A stretch of 64,000 nucleotides of DNA from Squalus acanthias (GCA_030390025.1 CM059432.1:45882001-45946000), one strand, 5' to 3'. Numbered from the stretch's first letter, positions 1 through 12,600 are shown. Notes: generated by a model from the letters alone, not told the origin. Numbers and translations: made by a program.

Positions 1-1185
1 CATATCCCTCACTCTACCATTACTGCCAAGCCAGGGGACCAACCCTGGTTCAATAAGGAGTGTAGAAGAGCATGCCAGGAGCAGCACCAGGTGTACCTAT
101 AAGTGAGGTGTCAACCTGGGGATGCTGCAACAAAGTACTACATGCATGCTAAAAAGCGGAAACAGCATGCTATAGACAGAGCTAAGCGAGTCGACAACCA
201 ACGGCTCAGATCAAAGTTCTGCAATCCTGCCACATCCAGTCATGAATGGTGGTGGACCATTAAACAACTAACAGAAGGAGGAAGCTCCATGAACATCCCC
301 ATCCTCAATGATGGTGGAGCCCAGCACGTGAGTGCAAAAGACAAGGCTGAAGCGTTTGCAACCATCTTCAGCCAGAAATGCCGAGTGGATGTTCCATCTT
401 GGCCTCCTCCTGAGGTCCCCACCATCACAGAAGCCAGTCTTCATCCAATTTGATTCACTCCACGTGATATCACGAAACGGCTGAGCACACTGGATAGAGC
501 AAAGGCTGTGAGCCCTGACAACATCCCGGCTGTCATGCTGAAAAATTGTGCTCCAGAACTAGCCGCGCCTCTAGCCAAGCTGTTCCAGTACAGCTACAAC
601 ACTTGCATCTACCCGACAATGTGGAAAACTGCCCAGGTATGTCCTGTCCACAAAAAGCAGGACAAATCCAATCTGGCCAATTACCGCCCCATCAGTCTAC
701 TTTCAATCATCAGCAAAGTGATGGAAGGTGTCATCGACAGTGCTATCAAGTGGCACTTACTCACCAATAACCTGCTCACCGATGCTCAGTTTGGGTTCCG
801 CCAGGACCACTCAGCTCCAAAACTCATTACAGCTTTGGTCCAAACATGGACAAAAGATATGAATTCCAGAAGTGAAGTGAGAGTGACTGCCCTTGACATC
901 AAGGCAGCATTTGACCGAGTGTGGCATCAAGGAGCCCTAGTAAAATTGAAGTCAATGGAAATCAGGGCAAAAACTCTCCACTGGAGTCATACCTAGCACA
1001 AAGGAAGTGGTTGTTGGAGGCCAATCATCACAGTCCCATGACATCGCTGCAGGAGTTCCTCAGGTCAGTGTCCTAGGCCCAACCATCTTCAGCTGCTTCA
1101 TTAATGACCTTCCCTCCATCAAAAGGTCAGAAGTGGGGATGTTCGCTGATAATTGCACAGTGTTCAGTTCCATTCGCAATAATAA
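1..1185 (+). mobile_element. CR1-group non-LTR retrotransposon ORF2 fragment ('family A'), RT region, degenerate
   Basis: Frameshifted ORFs 103-453, 508-996 and 1007-1198 carry RT motifs NYRPISLLSIISKVME, QFGFR, LDIKAAFDRVWH, GVPQVSVLGP and MFADN. Nearly the same sequence occurs at 48680-50080. Confidence 0.9.
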
Positions 1186-1525
1186 ATACTGTGAATAGTT
1201 GAGGCTCCAACACAAATCCTTGCGGGACACCACTAGTCACATCCTACCAGTTTGAGTACCCACCCATTATCCCTACTGCCTTTCTTCTGCCGTTCAGCCA
1301 ATTTCCTAACCAGGTCAATAATTTGCCCTCAATTCCGTGGTCTTCTACCTTAGTTAACAATTTTTTATGTGGGACTTTATCAAATGCCTTCTGGAAGTCC
1401 ATATAAATAATGTCCATAGACATTCCCCTGTTTACTACTTTAGTCACCTCCTCAAAAAGTTCAATCAGGTTTGTCAGGCATGATCTATCTTTCATAAATC
1501 CATGCTAGCTGTCTCTGATCAACTG
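1186..1525 (-). mobile_element. CR1/HER1 LINE ORF2 RT fragment
   Basis: ORF 1244-1495 reads SCLTNLIELFEEVT...YMDFQKAFDKVPH. Confidence 0.9.
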
Positions 1526-2545
1526 CTGCTGAACGCTGTTCAACTCTGCGAGGTTAATACAGGCCGTTAGTTCTAGCGATGATGACGAAAATGGCAGCAC
1601 TGACGTCAAATCAGCATTGCACGCTGATTGACATCATGATCTCCCTACTTACCATACTTCCAGCGCACGCTCCTAACAGCCGCCCTACCACCCTCACCAA
1701 GATTCTATCCGACACGACCCACACCACATCGGCACCCGTAGCGCCCAAACAACGGGCACTATGCAACCGAATGGTCACCTTGTCAGGCACAGGCTTGTCC
1801 GTGCCCTACTTTGAAGTTGTGGCTGTAGGAGTCGGCAGATTTCAGTCACAACCTCTGTTGTGAAGCGAAGACGTCTCATGTATTGGTCCTCCCTGATGTT
1901 GAGGTAAAAGAATTGCTCCCTAAAGACCCTCTGCGGATATGACCTCCTGCTGAGAGCCCTTCTCCTCCTCCTCCTCTCCCCTCTTCTCGCAGGTTGTCCT
2001 GCTCTGCGTGGCCTCTCTTAATTCTCCCAGTCATGTTCAATTCCCAGAGGAAGCCTTACCAGGCCACCAATGTCTGGAAGCAACTTGTTTCAGCACAAGC
2101 TTCTAAATGAACAAAAAAGTATTTGAGCACCAGCCAGACCACTTCCTGTAGACTATTCAAACTTTAGCCAAGTATAGGAAAGCTCCAAAACATACAATGC
2201 ACCAGCAGCCAGAGAAATAATCCATCAACTAACCTGTAAGTGGTTCATAATCCCTTTAACTAGCGCTGGTGGGGTGTCCTTCAATCTGTTCAGCAGTGCG
2301 AGGTTAAGGCTGGAGTGTACAATTGGAAAATGACAGCGCTGGTGTGAAATCCACATTGCACATCATCTTGCTGCTCTACATGCTCCCGGCAGTCGTTAGG
2401 CACATGCAAACCCCTTTACCAAGATGGCGTCCTGCGCACTTCCCATCGGATGTGTGTGCATGCGCATCTCAGACCCCATTTTCGAACGTTAGGTGGCTGC
2501 GTAGCGCCTAAAGAAATAGGCACTACACAGCCCAATTTAGCCCCC
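1526..2545 (-). mobile_element. Harbinger deletion derivative with transposase N-terminal remnant and one terminal inverted repeat
   Basis: Minus strand ~1790-1975 translates RRALSRRSYPQRVFREQFFYLNIREDQYMRRLRFTTEVVTEICRLLQPQLQSRARTSL, which matches the N-terminus of the 46938-48098 transposase. The element ends in CCCAATTTAGCCCCC (TIR-like) at ~2545. Confidence 0.75.
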
Positions 2546-3147
2546 TATGATTCTATAAATTTCCCAAGTTCAAAGAATGAACTGATATAATAAACTTGAA
2601 AAAGAATAATATAACCTGGAAATTACTGTCACTGTTAGTTAGCTGCAGGATGCAAGGGTTACAGAGCTGTAATATTGGGTGTGCTTAGATTTCATCGCTT
2701 CTGATTGCTGTTCAGAGGAAATGGGTGAAGATGTGTGATAGTCTTGTTCAGGACATTATTACTGGCATACTAACTCATTCATTTCGAAAGTAGACAATGC
2801 TCAGAAACTCACGCCATGCAGTGCATTGCTAGCCCTTCAATGAAAACAGTGTTGCAGCAGAGGCTGTGTACTGTTCTCGGGATTAATAGGAGAACTGCTG
2901 CACAGTTGAGCTATTCGCTGCAGGAATTGAATTTAGTGCTTCATTGAGCATTGCACTTGGTTGCTGAAGGCTTGCAAGGGAATGAAAAGACTGCAGTAGA
3001 TGTCAGCTGGCATGTAAGGCTGTACCGTCAGGTCCTGTGGGTATACAATATTTCAAATCTCCCATCCCAGGCACAACTACTTGAGAATAGAATCAATGTG
3101 TGTTATAAGAGGCTTAGCAGGAAGGCTCTAATGGATCAGTGCCACTT

Positions 3148-3660
3148 CAACAACAACAATAACAATTATATTTATATAGCACCTTTACCCAAGTAAAATG
3201 TCCCAAGGTGCTTCATTGGAGCGTCATGAAACAAAATTTGACACCGAGCTACATAAGGAGATATTAGGACGGATGACCAAAAGCTTGGTCAAATAAGTAG
3301 ATTTTAAGCAGCTGCTTAAAGAAGGAGAGAGAGGTAGAGAGGCGGAGAGGTTTAGAGAGGGAATTCCAGAGCTTAGGGCCTCGGCAGGTGAAGGCTCGGC
3401 CACCAATAGCGAAGCGATTAATATCAGGGATGTGCAAGAGGCCAGAATTGGAAGAGAGCAGAGATCTCAGAGAGGTGTAGGGCTGGAGGAGGTTACAGAG
3501 ATAGGGAGGGGCGAGGCCATGGATGGATTTGATAACACGCATGAGAATTTTAAAATTGAGGTGTTGCTGGACCGGCAGCCAATGTAGGTAAGCAAGCACT
3601 GGGGTGATGGGTCAACGGGACTTGTTGCGAATTAGGATATGGGCAGCAGTGTTTGGGATT
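3148..3660 (-). mobile_element. L2-clade LINE 3' fragment
   Basis: ORF 3264-3599 reads LHWLPV...FKIL...HGLAPPYL...GGRAF...PKLWNSL, the L2 ORF2 C-terminus. A (AAC)n tail lies at ~3148-3165. Confidence 0.88.
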
Positions 3661-4123
3661 CAGACTCTCAGACACAATCAATCATCTGTATGACACTGCC
3701 AGTGGTGGTTAGTCATGTCGGCCCTTGATTTTTGTGACATTACAATGGGAGCATCTTTAGTGCCAGCCAATTTGCTGCCTATAGAAGCATCAAGGTCACA
3801 AACGTATTGTACAGCAAGGCCCACAACGTCATCGCTTTCGCCACTGACCAGCAGCAGCAGTATGAGGGCACAACACAATTATACAGTCAGCTGCTTTCCT
3901 CAATCCAGGCCCTCATTCATTACACCCATATTACTATTTGGACCCTTACATACAATGTTGTGTCTGATATGAACCATAAGGTCCAGTTGATACGCAACCA
4001 CCAGAACAGAATAATGCATGTCTATATTCTAAGGGGCTCTCACAATGCCGCCATTTTAAGACAATCATGCCACCCTCATTCAAAGGTTACGAAAGAGTAA
4101 AAGGATGGCTTCTTGGAGACTGT

Positions 4124-4905
4124 GGGGGCGATTTTGCCAGCACTGGGGAGGCAGGTTTGGAGGCGGGACTGCCGGGAAAATGGCAGAATCTGGGGGTGGG
4201 TACCCATCCTGCCCCCAACCCGCCTCCATGCCATCTTCCCAGGAGGCGGGTACCCGACCCGTGCCGGGTCCCGTGTCCTGGAGACGGGAAGGGGATTACA
4301 GACACTTAACTGCCTGTTAACAGGTAGTTAACAGGCAGTTAAGAGGATTATCCCCATTTTTCCAGCAGAGGTGCAGGCTTCCCGATGTCGGGAAACCCCA
4401 CCAGGGTCACCGAGGCGAGCAGTGGGTCTGCAGGGGTCTGCGGGGGTCCAAAAGTGCGCTGTGGAGGTGAGTGATGGGTGCAAGTGTGGAGAGGTAAGTA
4501 TGTGAGGTGAGTGAAAAGTGATAGAAAAAGTTTCCTTACCTTTGTTTCTACCTGCAGGCTTCAATCGTTGGGGATGCGGCGGCTCCGGCATCTCAATGGC
4601 AGAGATGACAGAATGGCTGCTGCATTCTCCGATGCAACAGCCATCTGCTTTCTGCTCAGGAAATAGGTTTGGTGAGTCTTGAATACAAGGACTCACCAAA
4701 GAACAGAGATTGTCAGTGTTTGACAGCTTCACAAAGCTCTGTCACCGGCTTCCCCTTAATTGGCCTGCTAAGCCCGCTGGGCGGGCTTAACAAGGTCAAT
4801 CAAGGGAAAATAGCGTGGGTTGGCCGTACGTCGATGGAGGCGGGACTAAAACCCGGCAAGCAGCAGTCCCGCCTCCAACGCGCCCCCATTGGCAAAATCA
4901 CCCCC
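4124..4905. mobile_element. Non-autonomous Harbinger-type element (MITE), copy 1
   Basis: TIRs GGGGGCGATTTTGCCA / TGGCAAAATCACCCCC; 3-bp flanks TGT/TAT. It is an inverted copy of 15996-16840. Confidence 0.85.
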
Positions 4906-6099
4906 TATGGGTTTGCAGACATGGTTTATGACCCACTTGCATCAACCACAGATAAAAGCAGAGCGTGGGTGCAAGGAGGTTACAACTAGAATGATTATCT
5001 GCCATACCATTGGAATCTTACAGCAGCATATCAGATATCTCAATTGATCAGAATGTACCTAACAGTGCCTCATCCCCTCCAGGGTCTCACAAATGATTAC
5101 TGCCTGGTGCATGCTCCAAAGAGTACTCACCATGGATGTTGAAATGAAGAGCCATGACAGAACATGTGGATGAAAGTGACAACTCGGAATTTGCTGCTCA
5201 ATTAATAATGCACCGAGGAAGATGGTGCACCAGGCATTGATTCAGGGTACCTTCCAATGAGTGCCAGAGTTGCCACATTTCTTAAAGCTGCAATCTGCAT
5301 CTTCAAATTATCTTCCCGGTCTACACTTCCCTGTGCAGTTACTCACATACCATCTATTCCCATTTTTTTCTGGACTCCTGTATTGTTTTAATTAAAAAAA
5401 ACGTACAAGTACTCATCAAAATGATCAGATCAAGTGCAGTGCATTTATTTAATTAATTGTCTGATGTGTGCCAGTAGTTCCTGTGTTTTGCGATTGCGTT
5501 TTGCCTTTATGCAGGTGAATTGTCTGTGATGTGTAACACCTCACCTTGTACCCCTCCTTAGTGATTCTGGTATGGAAGAAATAAGTGTGATGGCTGACTG
5601 CAAGGTTTCACCGTCAGCCTGCTGTCAGTCTAGCAGCCCTAGATCTCCTTGTACTGTTCATTATGATGGCTGAACATCTACGCCAGCCATGTCCAGTGCT
5701 GTCAAAATGTGTTGACGGCTTGACATCGGTAAAGGTGAGGGAGCACAATTGAAAGCAGGAGAGGCGACCTTTATTAATTGGAATTCAATAATATATTACT
5801 TTGTTAAACAGCTGAAGGACAGCCAAGTGAACTAATCGAATTGCTGAACCAAAAATTTTTAAGTCCTTTCATCCACTATTTTCTTGCAGTAACTAAAATT
5901 TCAAATGCCCAAAATAAGAATTTAAATGAAATAAAAGCATGAAAAACTTACTTATTTCACAATAACAAGATTAAACTTACCTATAAAATTATTTTTTGTG
6001 TGTTTCAGTAGCTTCATTAGTGTGTTAATATGAAGACCTCATCCCTGTCTCAAAGTTGCTTCTACAAGTGAATCTTTAAGATTTGAACCCGATGCCTCT

Positions 6100-6920
6100 A
6101 TCTCAACAGTGTGAGCATTCATGATAGATGCTCCACATGTACTTATGACCTGTGCCACTCAGGGTCATGGCAGATGCCACAGGAATTGCCATGCTCTCCA
6201 TGGCACACTGAAGTGCATAGAACACGGTAACTGCAGAGATCTGGCTTGTGGACTCTTCCATACTCTTTCCAAGACCTTGCAGTGTATTTTGCCTGGACAC
6301 AAGTGAGTCAGACAACAATTTCCTTCCTTTTGTACTCAAATCATGTAAGGTCTGAATTACTAGGTTCTGGAGCAGAAGTAAGAAGCATGCTGGACTTGGA
6401 GCCAGTAGGTGCCTGGCCTTGAAGAGCCAACACCACTTTCTCCTTCTCACCCATAGCCTTTGACTCACTCTGGTTTTCATCAATATCATTTGAGGTATGT
6501 GTAACTGTAACTGCTGCCTGTCAGAAGTGATGATAGTGATGCAAGGTGCTGTGAGGTTTGGTTTTCTCTGGGACACTGACTGCGACTTGACTTACTTCCA
6601 TTTATGAGTAAAATAGAAGAGAATAAAATATCAAAGTGCTGCCTTTTGTCACCACCTCCAAGCACTAGTTTCATTACATGACATCTTTTTGTGATGTCAC
6701 TCACTTTCAGCGTGTGCCTGCTTGACAGTCACTCAGTGGGACAATGTTACAGGATCTGAATGTTCTGTTACTAGTCATGACCTCAGGGGCAGCCTCCAGC
6801 TTCACCATCTCCCACTCCCTTGATTCTCTCTTAGCCAGTGATGTCAAGGAGAGCCGCCTTGAAAGGAGTCTAACTCTTGAATGGCTTCAGGTCACTGCCT
6901 GTTCCAGTCTATTCCTGCTA
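6100..6920 (-). pseudogene. Possible decayed Harbinger Myb/SANT partner gene
   Basis: LQGLGKSMEESTSQIS...AMESMA in ORF 6103-6576 resembles SMSRSMEESGTNL...NMELMA in the partner gene at 40557-41279. It lies next to a decayed Harbinger transposase. Confidence 0.4.
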
Positions 6921-6999
6921 ATTAAATGTCACTTCTTGCTGCAAGCAGAAGAATAGCAGGGATATTGAAAGTACAGATGGATAAGGCAAGAAGTATTGA

Positions 7000-7260
7000 A
7001 TACGAAAGTTGAGATGTCATGGTGACGATATAGAAAACTACTGTAAGACTACAGTTGGAGGACTGTGTGGAGTTTTGTGTTCCACAGTATAGGAAGATGT
7101 TGAGGCAATAGAGAGAGTACAGAGCAGAATCACTAGGATGCTGCATGGGGTGAGGAAATACAAATAGGAGTAAACACAGTTGCATTAGGATTAGGCCTAC
7201 TACTTATGTGAAGGATAAACCCCAACATGGACTGGTTGTCATTTTCTGTGTAATTCTATG
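7000..7260 (+). mobile_element. Old CR1 3' fragment
   Basis: Degenerate VRLQLEDCVEFCVPQYRK...IERVQSRITRM, followed by a CR1-like tail. Confidence 0.7.
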
Positions 7261-8440
7261 AAAATGAGTACAATGAGAATTGAGCCTGAAGCAGTGCATG
7301 CGTGCAGCAGTATCAGAATAGACATCTGTCTCTCATGTCAGTGCCAGGAATGTGTCACCACTAGACTGTGCATAAAGTGTCACCGGTGTTCCTGGAAGCA
7401 GTAATGCCCTTGAAGGAATGGCACAGGACATTCTTGGCATATCTGCTAAGCCTTTAATAGCACAAGCAGTTAAAGATAGGTGCCAGCAGAAACCAAAAGC
7501 TGTGCAGAGTACAGCTCGCAGGAAGCCTCCACACTTACACCTTCCATTAAAAACCTGCACAAAACTAATTCACAGCTCAGACATGCAATAGGGCATCACT
7601 TCACAGAAAGTGCAGTGGGCCATCACATTACAAACACACTAGAGACACTCATTGTTAGTATACTAAGCACTCATGACTTCACAGAATCCTCAGGTTTATT
7701 TACTGCTTTATGGATAGTGTCAATGTCTGCATGGCTATAGTCCCCCTCCATTGGAAAATAGCCAGATAAGGACAACAAGATTGTTGCGGAATTTCAGTCA
7801 TTCTAATGCTGACCCATTGGAGAAGCTCTGTGCAGGTCTCCCCTCAGTGTCTGGTGCACTCCTGCAGAAGTGGCTGTTGAATTGTTGAATGCTTCCATGC
7901 ACCATCTTCCTCATCACCTTCCTGTTTTTGTAGTTGCAGCTTATTAACTTTCAGGGTAATACTGTGTACAACCAAGGGCCACACTGTGAACACAAAAAAG
8001 ACTACAATTATTTTGCCAACTCTTTCTGGAGTGAACCAAACATCAAACATGTTGCTTCAACATCCCAAAGATCTGCTATATGATTCTCCAGGACTGATAA
8101 TGTGATGGCTGTGCCTGTATCATCAGGCATGGAAGCCTGAGGCCTCCCACATGTCCAATGGGCTCAGTGCAGTCCACCTCCTTGGGACTATCAGCACAGC
8201 ATGAGCTACATACTGACAGTGCTGCAAAAATATTTAAATGAGCTTAATTTGCATTATAGTACAAGGTCAGCTCAATTGTGTGCAAAAGCTGGGAACATGT
8301 GAACAGTTATGACCCTGGTGGTGCTGGCAGGGACTACTTTATTGATCTCTCCTTGAACTCACACAAGCCTAATTGTATTTGGTCTCGACTGGGCTCTGGG
8401 GATTTTGCAGCGGTATGAGAAGCCATTGATACAGCAGGTA

Positions 8441-9221
8441 CATACTCATGTGACTCGGCCAACGTTGTCTACCTCATACGTTGCAGGAAAGAATGCACTG
8501 CGGCATGGTACATCGGCGAGACCATGCAGACACTGAGACAACGTATGAATGGACACCGCGCAACAATCGCCAGGCAGGATTGTTACCTCCCAGTCGGGGA
8601 ACACTTCAGCAGTCAAGGACATTCAGCCTCGGATCTGCGGGTAAGCGTTCTCCAAGGCAGCCTTAGAGACACACGACAACGCAAAATCATCGAGCAGAAA
8701 CTGATAGCCAAGTTCAGCACTCATGAGGACGGCCTCAACCGGGATCTTGGGTTTATGTCACGATACATGACGTAGAGTCATCCAGACTCGAGTCGTCGTT
8801 GGCTTGTTCACAGATGTGATTCCCAGTAAAAAAGTAAAATTTTTAAAGTTTATCGTTTTCCATACCGACTGCAGCTTTTGACACATTAGACCCCCTGTAA
8901 CCCCACCTCATTGTCTCAGTTGTATCTTGCTATGTCTTTGATGTGGTGCCTTCCTGGCTGACCTGATTGCCTTTTGTCACACCTCGGCAGATAAACAATC
9001 AGGAGGATTAAATGTAGTCGTCTGCCATTGTAAGTTACACATGCATTGTTCTCTATCTATATATGCTTTGTCGATTTTGTATTCCTTTACTTCACCTGAC
9101 GAAGGAGCAGCCGCTCCGAAAGCTTGTGATTTCAAATAAAACTGTTGGACTATAACCTGGTGTTGTGCGACTTCTCACTTTTGTCCACCCCAGTCCAACA
9201 CTGGCATCTCCGCATCATCAC
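8441..9221 (+). mobile_element. Penelope-like retroelement 3' fragment (GIY-YIG endonuclease plus 3' UTR), copy 1
   Basis: Reads NVVYLIRC...WYIGET...RMNGHR...EQKLIAKF...GLNRD. Flanked by the direct repeat ATACAGCAGGTA (8429-8440, 9222-9233). Confidence 0.9.
9092..9129 (+). ncRNA. Minimal type I hammerhead ribozyme motif
   Basis: TCAC-CTGACGA-A-GGAGC-agcc-GCTCC-GAAA-GCTT-GTGA. Contains the conserved CUGAnGA/GAAA core, stem II, stem I TCAC/GTGA and palindromic AAGCTT at stem III. Confidence 0.85.
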
Positions 9222-9676
9222 ATACAGCAGGTAAGGCAGATATCTTGGGAGTCATCTGTCCAATCTTTGTTCTACCTCAAAGAGTTCCAGTAGATTTAAT
9301 TGTAGCCAGGTGAAGGAGTGATGTTAACACCCCAATATCTAATGCTCACACGCATAATTCTCTTATAAGCACTGCAGATCACCTGGACATTCATGAAGTA
9401 ATATCCCATTCTGTTCACATATGCCATAACATGATCTACAGGTGCATGGTGGGCTACAGGGCCAATGACACCTTGGACCTTGGGAAAGCTACCATTTACG
9501 AAAAAATCTTTTGGCCTTTGCTTCTGCTGTTGTACACACAATTGTATATAAGTGGCTGTGTGTGAAAATAGGACATCAGTTACATACCGGATGACACAGT
9601 GAAGTACAAATTGGTGGATTCAGAGATATCCCCTGACAGACACTGGAAAGACCATTTAACATAAAGATTTAAGGCT

Positions 9677-10766
9677 GTCGTCCAGTACTTCCCCGGAGCG
9701 GAGAAACTACGCCATGTTCTTCGCAGCCTTCAACATGTCATCGATGACGACAAATACCTCGCTAAGGCCATCCCCACGCCTCCACTACTTGCCTTCAAAC
9801 AGCCGCCTAACCTCAGAAGTACCATCGTTCGCAGCAAATTACCCAGCTTTCAGGATAACAGCGACCACGACACCACACAACCCTGCCACGGCAAACTCTG
9901 CAAGACATGCCAGATCATCAACACAGATACCACCATCACACGTGAGGACACTACCCACCAGGTACATGGTACATACTCATGTGACTCGGCCAACGTTGTC
10001 TATCTCATACGTTGCAGGAAAGAATGCACCGCGGCATGGTACATCGGCGAGACCATGCAGACACTGAGACAACGTATGAACGAGCACCGCGCAACAATCG
10101 CCAGGCAGGATTGTTACCTCCCAGTCGGGGAACACTTCAGCAGTCAAGGACATTCAGCCTCGGATCTGCGGGTAAGCGTTCTCCAAGGCAACCTTAGAAA
10201 CACACGACAACGCAAAATCATCGAGCAGAAACTGATAGCCAAGTTCAGCACTCATGAAGACGGTCTCAACCGGGATCTTGGGTTTATGTCACGATACATG
10301 ACGTGATCCGGACTCGAGTCGTCGTTGGCTTGTTCACAGATGTGATTCCCAGTAAAAAAGTAAAAATTTTCCCAGTAAAAAAGTAAAAATTTTAAAGCTT
10401 TTCGTTTTACATACAGACGGCAGCTTTTGACACGTTAGACCCCCTGCGACTCCACCTCATTGTCTCAGTTGTATCTTGCTATGTCTTTGATGTGGTACCT
10501 TCCTGGCTGACCTGATTAACTTTATCACACCTCGGCAGATAGTCAGGATGATTTAATTTAGTTGTCTGCAATTGTAAAGTACACATGCTTTGTTCTCTAT
10601 CTATATATGCTTTGGCGATTCTGTTTCTATTTACTTCACCTGAGGAAGGGGCAATCGATAGCTCCGAAAGCTTGTGATTTCAAATAAAACTGTTGGACTA
10701 TAACCTGGTGTTGTGCGACCTCTCAATTTTGTCCACCCCAGTCCAACACCGGCATCTCCGCATCAT
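9677..10766 (+). mobile_element. Penelope-like retroelement 3' fragment, copy 2 (Cys-rich linker plus GIY-YIG; Neptune-type)
   Basis: Open frame 9677-10306 reads VVQYFPGAEKLRHVLR...FKQPPNLR...PCHGKLCKTC...NVVYLIRC...WYIGET...GLNRD. The 3' UTR is homologous to copy 1. Confidence 0.9.
10636..10677 (+). ncRNA. Minimal type I hammerhead ribozyme motif
   Basis: TCAC-CTGAGGA-A-GGGGC-aatcgata-GCTCC-GAAA-GCTT-GTGA. Confidence 0.8.
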
Positions 10767-11774
10767 AACTTTAACTGCCAGTGGGACACGAGTGCTGACA
10801 GAATCTGCAGGTTCTGTTATAAGAGGTGCCATGTGTTAGTGACAGACTTCCTTCTGAGCCTTCATGTTCACTGCCCCTCTGACTGCCCCAAAGCGCTGAC
10901 CTTGGGTATGGTATACCTTATGCCTGCAGATGGGATGTGGTCTGTGTATCCTCCTCTGATGGCCTGTCCACTCCTGTCTCGACTCCTCTTCCTCCACAAT
11001 TCACAATGGTTGATATTGGCTGCCCGGCCCTTGTTGTAACTGAACTGACTTGTCACTGACCTCTCTGTATCTGCTATATAAGCAACCCAGATTTAACCCG
11101 ACTCTTATTTGAAGAGAAACATAAAATAAACATGACTACTGTTAGGCTACTGAATTTAGCTAGATCTCCCCTTCATTGGCAAAAAGGACTGGCACAGGGG
11201 AAAAAAATTACATCTCAGAACTAGGGTAAAAGGACTACAATTTCAATTTCAAAATAAATACTAGGAACAAACAAGCTTTACTTTATTTTGAGCTCCTGAC
11301 CTTGTATGCAAAAGATCCTAAGGGACAATGAAACGAGAATGTGTCAACAATTTAGGAGAAAAGAGCATTTTAGTGCATGAGACATCGACTTTCTAGAGAA
11401 GGGTAGGAGCTTTATACTCACCACAGTACCTGTCTTTTTGAAGTGTTTCCATGGTATTTCATGATATAATGCAAGTTTCATAGAAGTGACAGCTGAACAA
11501 AGTAAGACATCACCACCCAGCATTTTGCCTTCGGCAGAAAGCTGCAGTCATATGAGCCTTATTCAGCTACCAGATTTCACTGGCTGACGTGCCTATTGTG
11601 TTGCTTTCTTTATTTGACAATATAGGACACCATCATGTGCAGTAGCAAGGCATTTGTGTTTTTAAGGTGGTACAATAGAACTGAAAAGTTTGGATTTTTA
11701 TTTCAAAATAGCAGAAAAAAGAAATGTTTTTATATATGTATTTGTTGTAAGTGAAGGATGTGTGGCAGAATTAC

Positions 11775-12600
11775 AGAATAGAAACATAGAAAAATAGAAA
11801 AATAGGAGTAGGCCATTCGGCCCTTTGAGCCTGCTCTGCCATTCAATATGGCTGATCCTCTATCTCAATACCATATTCCCACTCTCTCCCCATACCCCTT
11901 GACGCCTTTTCCATCTAGAAATCTATCTATCTCCTTCTTAAATATATTCAGTGACTTGGCCTCTACAGCTTTCAGTGGTAGAGAATTCCACAGGTTCACC
12001 ACCCTCTGAGTGAAGAAATTTCTCCTCATCTCAGTCCTAAATGTCCTACCCCGTATCCTGAGACTATGACCCCTCGTTCTAGACACCCCAGCCAGGGGAA
12101 ACATCCTCCCTGCATCCAGTCTGTCTAGCCCTGTCAGAATTTTATACGTTTCAATGAGATCCCCTCTCATTCTTCTAAACTCTAGTGAATACAGGCCTAA
12201 TCGACCCAATCTCTCCTCATACGACAGTCCTGCCATCCCAGGAATCAGTCTGGTGAACCTTCGCTGCACTCCCTCTATGGCAAGTATAGCCTTTCTTAAA
12301 TAAGGAGACCAAAACTGCACACAGTACTCCAGGTGTGGTCTCACCAAGGCCCTGTATAACTGTAGTAAGACATCCTTGCTCCTGTACTCAAATCCTCTTG
12401 CAATGAAGGCCAACATAGCATTTGCCTTCCTAACTGCTTGCTGCACCTGCATGTTTACTTTCAGTGACTGGTGTACAAGGACACCCAGATCCTTTTGTAC
12501 ATCAGCATTTCCCAATCTAGCACCATTTAAATAATGCTCTACCTTTCTGTTTTTCCTACCGAAGTGGATAACTTCACATTTATCCACGTTATACTGCATC
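11775..12600 (-). mobile_element. CR1/HER1 LINE 3' fragment
   Basis: ORF 11865-12656 reads MQYNVDKCEVIHFG...LVRPHLEYCVQFWSP...RRNFFTQRVVNLWNSLP. Followed by a 3' UTR and a CATAGAAA-type tail. Confidence 0.93.

Larger units (their letters stand above)
7860..11000 (-). pseudogene. Decayed Harbinger DDE transposase split by two Penelope-like insertions
   Basis: Collinear minus-strand pieces: LAVKV (~10770) | ALNLYVKWSFQCLSGDISE...HCVIRYVTDVLF (9580-9675) | FPKVQGVI...YVNRMGYYFMNVQVIC (9296-9541) | QWLLIPLQNP (~8400-8428) | FTPERVGKIIVV...EGDEED (7900-8050). Each has a counterpart in the intact transposase at 46938-48098. Confidence 0.75.

Noticed and set aside
2813..3034. Minus-strand exon candidate (cccacag ... 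gtgagt)
   Set aside because: All three frames contain stops, so there is no coding support.
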